A stretch of DNA of 64,000 nt. Source: Octopus vulgaris (taxonomy: Eukaryota). Within the stretch, counting starts at the first letter, position 1. Each line of letters starts with the position of its first letter. The DNA lies in assembly GCA_951406725.2 (NCBI GenBank), contig OX597838.1, forward strand, positions 558,001-622,000, given 5' to 3'. Below are positions 55,542 through 64,000 of the stretch, piece after piece. A model generated the notes under the pieces. That model was not told the DNA's origin. It made no database searches and saw nothing but the letters and a program-made list of their open reading frames with translations. Position numbers and translations under genes: made by a program.

Positions 55542-56090
55542 ATGTTATAATAAAAACCACAAGTCTTGTTAATTACAATTTCTTTTTAGGAGATGTAGTG
55601 GCGTTCAATATACTAATAATGTAGCCAAGGGCAATCACCAGTGCCTCTAAAAACAATTATAGCTGACTGTATATAAGTGTGTGTTTGTGTATATAAACAT
55701 CACGTTTATACTCACACACACGCATATCTACATACTGCTCCTTGGTTAAGGCCAAGTTCTTTGGCGATTTCTCTCCAGCTTTCACCAGAAAGAACCATCT
55801 GTGCTGCAATTCTAAAACACGACCATTGTTACGGCCTCAAAGACTTCTCTCGTTACAAAAGTCTTCGAGGTTCTCAGTTTTCGAAACAGAAACCGGAGTA
55901 ACATGACCGGAACGTCAATATTCTCCTTAATAGGACGGGGAAAATAGAGGTGTGACGGGTATAACGGGTAAAAAAGTAAGACTGGGGTAGCAACCTGCAT
56001 GTTGCATTGGAACCGTATTCCATAGAGTTATCAGGAATACGGGGTCCACAGCTAAGTTTCCGTTTTAGCATAGACGTGCATCCGCACACC

Positions 56091-56129
<39 letters not shown>

Positions 56130-56322
56130 ATTTGTTAAAGATATGTCTATTTTCCGAGTATTTGAGAAAATGTTTTGTATACACACATTTACAAGGAGGT
56201 TTATCTAGTCTGATGCATGTGTGTGTGTGTTTATGTATGCATGTATACACATGGCCTTGCTTTTTGCTTTTTGAGCCAAAAAATTAACTTAAACTAACTT
56301 AAACTTAACACACACACACACA

Positions 56323-56358
<36 letters not shown>

Positions 56359-56639
56359 TGTATGTATGTATGTATGTATGTATGTATGTATTAGTCTTAG
56401 GATTCGATCGAATCTAGGCACATCGACAGGTAGGACGTCAGAAATGCATAGCAACAACGATGTAGGTCCCTCCACAGTGTGGCAAAGCAACCATGACGGT
56501 ATCACATGTTTGCAGGATGCTATAGATGCGTTAGTACCAAATCGAATTTGAACTGTAGATCAGACTCAGGGATGGTTCTTGGTGCGGCGTAGGTATAATA
56601 AAGAACACACACACACATACACATGTAAATATGTACGTA

Positions 56640-56798
<159 letters not shown>

Positions 56799-56923
56799 AC
56801 ATACACATACAGACACACACAAATATGCACAGACATCAGCCACGAAAGTCTGGGTCCTTGAGTCACTTATTTTGTTTTAAATCTAAATAATAAAGGTGTG
56901 TGTGTAAATGTACGCTCGTATGA

Positions 56924-56983
<60 letters not shown>

Positions 56984-57232
56984 TCAAATTTTGCCCCTCC
57001 ACTCATTGTGATGACTCCCACGCCAACATCTGACTCACGTCTCCCTTTATTAAACATTAACATTGAATTCCCACTCACAGCCGCCTCCTTTTTTTTCTTT
57101 TTTATTCCATTTTCTTTCCAACTCTTCTTGTTTTTTTATTGTTGTTGAAGAACCTCTGTTGTGGATGACGGGGTTTCGTGTGCTTGCTCCAATATGGCCG
57201 CAGTCCTACCACTGAACACATTAAAAGCATAT

Positions 57233-57272
<40 letters not shown>

Positions 57273-57460
57273 ATATTTTTATTTATTATTCGAGCTGTGA
57301 TGTATGTTAGTGATTGAAGGGCCAACAATTTTGTGCACGGGACGGATTAAATGTATCTCGGTTTCATAAGCGGCACACATGGAACTCTGTGTGTACGCGT
57401 GTGTGTGTGTGCAGATATAATACAATATAGTATTATATACTGTATGTATATATGTATATA

Positions 57461-57864
57461 GGTGTAGGAGTGGCTGTGTGGTAAGTAGCTTGCTTACCAA
57501 CCACATGGATCTGGGTTCAGTCCCACTGCGTGGCATCTTAGGCAAGTGTCTTTTACTATAGCCTCGGGTGGACCAAAGCTTTGTGAGTGGATTTGGTAGA
57601 CGGAAACTGAAAGAAGCCCGTCGTATATATGTATATATATGTATGCATGTGTATATGTTTGTGTGTCTGTGTTTGTTCCCCCAACATCGCATGACAACCG
57701 ATGCTGGTGTGTTTACGTCCCCGTAACTTAGCAGTTCGGCAAAAGAGACCGATAGATTAAGTACTAGGCTTACAAAGAATAAGTCGTGGTGTCGATTTGC
57801 TCGACTAAAGGCGGTGCTCCAGCATGGCCACAGTCAAATGACTGAAACAAGTAAAAGAATAAAA
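57461..57864 (+). mobile_element. Full-length tRNA-derived SINE, family A (octopus OK/OR-type)
   Basis: Head has an A box (tggctgtgtggt) and B box (gggttcagtccc). An internal (TA/TG)n spacer is followed by the tail ...gcggtgctccagcatggccacagtcaaatgactgaaacaagtaaaagaataaaagaata. Many homologous copies occur in the window. Confidence 0.9.
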
Positions 57865-58198
57865 GAATATGTATGGCTTGATGACTAGATGTGTGTATGT
57901 ATGTATGTATGTATGCGTGTATGCATGTGTGTCTATGTGGGTGTGTGTGTGTGTTCTTTGGGTGTGGATTGGGTGATGCAAACAGGAAAATAGGACTCAA
58001 AACGTGAGGGCATACTTGTTAGTAACCGGCAGAAGTCCCATTGTAACTCAGAGGCCGAGAGTTTCGTGCATGGACATTTATCTAAGGTACGCACGAATCT
58101 CTCGACCCTTGAATCACCGAGTAACTTCGGCCGATTATTGTTAATATAAGTATATATGTGTATATAAATTTACGTGTATATATATACATATATCTATA

Positions 58199-58261
<63 letters not shown>

Positions 58262-58326
58262 TGTATGTATGTATATATATATATATATAATATATACATG
58301 TATGTATGTATATATATATATATATA

Positions 58327-58533
58327 CTTTATTTAAAGCAGCAGAAAATTCAACAAAACCTGTTACTCTGAGTTTCCCGTTGCGTTGCAAAAACTGTCCG
58401 ATGAACGGCAACGGGAAACTCAGAGTAACAGGTTTTGTTGAATTTTCTGCTGCTTTAAATAAAGCATATTACTCTACCACTGATATTTGCGTACTCTTTT
58501 TTCCACCTTGTTTCACATTTATGTGTTTACTCC

Positions 58534-58537
<4 letters not shown>
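58327..58537 (+). mobile_element. PLE-type terminal fragment with a 57-bp inverted duplication and a hammerhead-like motif
   Basis: Inverted arms at 58327-58383 and 58408-58464. Motif ctgt-CCGATGA-A-CG GCAA CG-G-GAAA-CTCAGAG-TA-acag at 58394-58431, then AATAAA. Embedded in (TA)n. Confidence 0.55.
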
Positions 58538-58583
<46 letters not shown>

Positions 58584-58635
58584 TATATGTACATATATGT
58601 ATGTAAATGTATGTATGTATATATCTATTTATCTA

Positions 58636-58699
<64 letters not shown>

Positions 58700-58700
<1 letters not shown>

Positions 58701-58870
58701 GCATTTACATAAAAACAAAAGACGAAGACGGATGTGTAAAAAACAAGCAGATGTATTGGTTTAACGCTCGTGAAGTGAGAAAGTCTTTTACGTTTCGAGC
58801 CTACGCTCTTCGACAGAAAGGAACACAGAAATAAACAGGGAGAGAAAATAGAAAAAGGTTTAGTGGCTAA
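58700..58870 (-). mobile_element. Second copy of the hammerhead-like dispersed repeat
   Basis: Reverse complement contains ctttCTGTCGAAGAGCGTAGGCTCGAAACGTAaaag (58785-58820) and aligns by eye with 25408-25612. Flanked by (TA)n. Confidence 0.55.
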
Positions 58871-59167
58871 CGATCAATATATATACATATATATAATTGT
58901 ACTTCAAAATTGATCAAAATAGAAAAAAAAGCAAATAGCAAAAGGCAAAGACAATTGAGCAAACAAAAAGCAAAGTGGTTTAATTTGATGTTTAGGGAAA
59001 ATGGCGGAGTATTTGACATTTCGAGCCTATATACATACATACAGATACATATACATATATATACACGTAATGTGCAAAGCTTCTGGCTCTGAGTCATTTT
59101 TCGAATTTTACAGGCGATTTTAAAAAATGTGCCCTTACACACACACACACACACCCACACATATATA

Positions 59168-59370
59168 TACAACAGGCTTCTTTCAGTTTCCGTCTACCAA
59201 ATTCATTCATAAGGCTTTGTTCGGCCCGGGGCTATAGTAGCCTACTACCACTAGGCTACTGTAGCCTCGGGCCGACCAAAGATACTTGCCCAAGGTGCCA
59301 TGCAATGGGAGTGAACCCAGAACCATGTGGTTGGTAAGGAAGCTACTTACCACACAGCCTCTCCTGTGCC
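59168..59370 (-). mobile_element. SINE family A, 5' half with an internal inverted duplication
   Basis: Family A head and body, plus an extra 30-bp fold-back at 59215-59281. Confidence 0.82.
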
Positions 59371-59484
59371 TATATGTGTATATATATGTGTATGTGCTTG
59401 TGTGTGTGTATATATATGTGTGTGTGCATGTGTATGTATTTATATATATGCGAGTATATATATATACATATATATATTAGTATG

Positions 59485-59524
<40 letters not shown>

Positions 59525-59562
59525 TATGTAGTTATATATATATACATATATATATTAGTATG

Positions 59563-59600
<38 letters not shown>

Positions 59601-59786
59601 TATGTAGTTATATATATATACATATATATATTAGTATGTATGTATGTATATATATATGTCTGTATGTAGTATAGTTCAGTAGTCGTTGACTCCGATGGCC
59701 ATTAGTCAGAATCTAGTAAACGCACTGGCACGTGCCTTAGTCATTAAGTTCCCGTGGAGAGTGACAGGAAAGGCAACTGTAGCCAC

Positions 59787-59856
<70 letters not shown>

Positions 59857-61429
59857 CCATACATATACATCTCTTCCTACCCAACACACTCCTATTCGTA
59901 AAACTCACACATAAACACCTGAAGCACAGCTCTGTGAATTAATTGCTGAGGTAAACGAAAATAGCTAAGCTCTGATGACGACGACGATGATGATGATGAT
60001 GATATTAGTAGTAATATTCTTAATAATAATAATAATAATAATAATAACAATAATAACAATAATATTAATAATAATTACAACAACGACGACGACGACGACA
60101 ACGGGTGTGGATAGGGAATAAAGCAACGATCCTAAGAGGACAGACAATAATAGTCTCGGGGCTGAGTTGTAAGTTACTGCTTGTTTTACAGATGGATTAA
60201 CATGGAGTTAATCGGATTAAAGCAAGAAGATTTGGTTGGATTAAACTACAGTAAGGACAATCTTACTGAACAACAAATGAAAGGGCTTCGACTGAAGTTA
60301 CTTAATTTAATATAACACTCAGATAGGGACCAGTCATTTGTCTAATCTAACCGGAGACGAATCCTCGTTTAATGTAACCGGAACCAGACCCCTGTTTGAT
60401 AATATAACATAGGGGCCGCGTGAATCCGTAAGGAGACATTCCGGCTAATTTGCTTGACTTGTAGTTGCGAAATCCATGACAATAGTCTCCGAAATATTTT
60501 GATATAAGGTTTTCCTTGAATATATTTATATTTTACGTTTTGTAAATCTCGCTTGTGGCAAAGATCTCAAAACAAAGATAAAAATTGTTAGAAACATTCA
60601 CAGAGAATTAAAAAAAGAAACAAAAAAGAAAAATATGAGTTGAATCGTCGTTTTGTGAGAGGGTATGGGGAATGGGAGGTAGGAAAGTTAAGATGAAAAA
60701 CCCTATTTAATCGGGTGGATTCTGTATGGGCGTGTAAGTTTAATGGCCCCCAAAGTTGTTCCAGTACTTTACCCTGCAAAATAAAAACCGGATGGTGAAC
60801 GGTAGAAACCTAGTTGTTGGAAGTGTGGCAGTTATAAGCACTGGAGAAGGGACAGGAACTGGAGAAGGGTCAGGAACAACACCAACAAACCCTAGAAACT
60901 TTTGTTGCAAGAACACAACGGATCGTAAGTTCAAAGATTGCCGAAAAAAATCACCTAGTGGTCAATGTGAAGATCAAACGGCCAGGAAGTAAAAGAGGGT
61001 AAAGATTTTTGCCAACATAACATGGCAGTCCTGGTTTAGGACGAATGTTATTGTAATTTAGCCCCAGGAGACATCGTCTCCAGCTGGCTATACGACACGA
61101 TCTGCGTCCTTAAATTTTCGATCAAGGGAATCTAGAAGCGGGTTTGGCGCAAGGCCTTTCTTCGCTTTAAAAAGCATCTGGCATTGCTTGATTCTCACAT
61201 CTCTATCGTGCGTCATACAAGTACGGCTGAAGGAAAACCTGTTGCCAGAGGCTCCCACCGTTGCCATTACTTCAGAAAGCAGTATAAGTGTCTTTCAGGA
61301 CTCAAAAGCCACACCCGTGCTGCTCATATTTAAGAAGACAATCCAACGATGACATTGCTCGAAACCGCGCGATTCATATATCCTATATAATATCTTACAC
61401 AATATATATATACGTATATAATAGTGATG

Positions 61430-61484
<55 letters not shown>

Positions 61485-61720
61485 GGTTTCTTGAGAGAAT
61501 CGGGTACTTATATGGTATGCACCAGGTAGGGTTGGTTTAACCTGTGGTCACCACCTATGGTCGATTAAATATTCAGATTGTGCACACAGAGAAAACCACC
61601 CCTACCGGTATTTAGCGGCTAGGGGCTGGTCCATGGCACACGTTGTGTCGATCATACGTTGTTTGGTATACGCTAGGGTGTCCGACGTGTCGTGAATGCC
61701 TATGATGTATTATAACCAAA

Positions 61721-61746
61721 TGAATAGTATGTACATCTATGTATAT

Positions 61747-61797
<51 letters not shown>

Positions 61798-61839
61798 GTG
61801 ATATACATAGATGTACATACTATTCATATACATATATAC

Positions 61840-61900
<61 letters not shown>

Positions 61901-61968
61901 TAAATATATATATATGTGATATACATAGATGTACATACTATTCATATACATATATACATATATACATA

Positions 61969-62032
<64 letters not shown>

Positions 62033-62084
62033 TACATATATACATATATATATATGTGATATACATAGATGTACATACTATTCA
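61721..62084. repeat. 30-bp unit present once inverted and three times direct within TA-rich sequence
   Basis: tgaatagtatgtacatctatgtatatcaca (61721-61750); its reverse complement is at 61797-61826, 61915-61944 and 62055-62084. Confidence 0.9.
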
Positions 62085-62133
62085 TACACACACACACACA
62101 CATATATATACATACATACATATGTACATATAC

Positions 62134-62164
<31 letters not shown>

Positions 62165-62626
62165 TGTATGTGTGTGTGTGTGTGTGCGTGCGTATTAACA
62201 AAAGTCGGGATGCGTGGCATTCAGTCACTCAATAAATGAAAAATGCATTAAATACTACAAAACGGACATAGAAGGACCCTAATTCTTCGTCAGTTATCGA
62301 CCAAAATTGGTAATACTCAGTTTCGTGCCTTTAACGATAAGACTGAGAACTTCGTATATCGGCGGCACCCGCAAGATTTGCGTCGAATTAAGGCTCGAGC
62401 AAACACGACAATGATAGGTAACGCCTGGAATAAATCGTCGATGGATATAAAAAAAAGAGAAATTGTCAAGAGAGGAGAAATTGTTGATCTGCAGACTAGG
62501 TGTCCGGTGGCGAATAGTTTATACGTTATTATTCCACTTTTGGGATTTGTATATATACATACATACCTACATACATACATACATACATACATACATACAT
62601 ACATACATACACACACACATATATAT

Positions 62627-62697
<71 letters not shown>

Positions 62698-62924
62698 ATT
62701 ATATTCTTCTTTTTTAAAAACTTTTTTTCTACTTGTTTCAGTGATTAAATGGTAAGGTAAATAGGTAAATATTTCTGGTTACGACGGAACTTCAAATTCG
62801 TTATCAATTGTTTCCTTGAAAAACTTATAAATATCTTGTTCTGACAAAAGGTTTAATGTTAAATTGTTTTTGTATACAAATTGACATGTATACAAATACA
62901 TACATACATACATACATACATACA

Positions 62925-62956
<32 letters not shown>

Positions 62957-63686
62957 CATACATATATATATAAATATGCACACACACACACACACATATA
63001 TATATATACATTCATACACATATATACACAAATATATGCATACATTAAAATATATACATGTGTGTGTGTGCGCACATATATTCATACATATGCATCTATG
63101 TACATACACAAATATACATACATGATACACACACACACACATACATATGACTATATACATGTGTGTGTGCGCGAACGTATGTGATCCATGCGATAACCAA
63201 TTGGATTCTTGGAAGGCTGCGAGTCCCGTTGTGCTCTTGAGCAATTCACTTCATTCAACACTACTTCGGTGAATTTTAATGGGATCACACTTCCAACCTC
63301 TAGTTGTCACTCACCCCACCACCATATCTCGTAAGCTCAAGTGGGGCATTGACATGTTAGTGCTGCATTTTGTCCATCCATTTGGTTTTGCTAGCATTTA
63401 AAGTTGAATCAAATTAAATATTTGTCCCAACTTCATTCAATCTATTTTGTCGGGAAAGGGCGAGGATCCTATATATTCGACGGCGGCCAAAGACAAAGTT
63501 TGAGCTCCGACCGTCCACAGACATAAGAAGACGTTGCAAGAAATCTCGTCCGATGCTCAACCAATTCGCCGCCATTGATTAATACTTAATTTGTCGACCA
63601 CGAAAGGGTAAAAGGCAAAGTTAAGGGAAAAAGGGAAACAAAAGAAATACTGCAAGGCGTTTCTATCAGACGTCAATTCGATGCCT

Positions 63687-63727
<41 letters not shown>

Positions 63728-64000
63728 TAATACACAATACTGTACTAAATTCTATTTAAGAAAATATAATTGAAACAATTCTTACTTGAAAGAAATTCTT
63801 GGGTTTTCTTCTTTTTTCTGTTCTTTTAAACTTTCTTCTCGATTTTCTTCCCGGTCAGACGGCCATCTTGCATCTATATTTCAACACCATCAGCATCAAC
63901 ATCATTATTACTATCATTCTTAATTAACAAGTTTTTCATTAAGTCTTGGCAATATTTTTAAAGAAATTTTGCTTTCAAAGTTTCCTTTAAAAATTTATTT

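Noticed and set aside
60180-61420. Repeat-poor 1.2-kb stretch, possibly a PLE or other retroelement remnant
   Set aside because: No convincing motif in any frame by eye; needs a translated search against repeat proteins.
62275-62330. GAAACTGAGTA...CTGACGAAG on the minus strand as a permuted hammerhead (similar CTGATGAAG at ~14625-14640)
   Set aside because: Stem II cannot be formed from the flanking sequence.

Overview
Eukaryotic, AT-rich DNA packed with microsatellites. The tRNA-derived SINEs, Penelope-like remnants and dense (TA)n/(CA)n/(TATG)n repeats look like an octopus (coleoid cephalopod) genome; that assignment is inference. One gene is supportable: the 5' part of a minus-strand matrix metalloproteinase (MMP). 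Its pro-domain exon (4107-4378) has the cysteine switch PRCGNKD and a furin site RKKR. A phase-0 intron of about 38.5 kb joins it to a signal-peptide-bearing exon ending at 42850. The catalytic exons lie beyond the window start. The most unusual feature is that this upstream exon's frame stays open for 1194 codons. After a single in-frame TAG (46432-46434) it stays open for 425 more, up to a strong-context ATG at 47709. That makes a 4.86 kb frame-preserved, low-complexity N-terminal extension whose microsatellites are all triplets. The intron and upstream DNA also hold SINEs of at least three families, RTE and CR1-like LINE remnants, and mariner- and hAT-type MITEs. There is a truncated Penelope-like element carrying two hammerhead ribozymes, several hammerhead variants, several fold-back palindromes at (TA)n tracts, and a small AP-1/E-box tandem array. 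Almost all other ORFs in the track are microsatellite artefacts.
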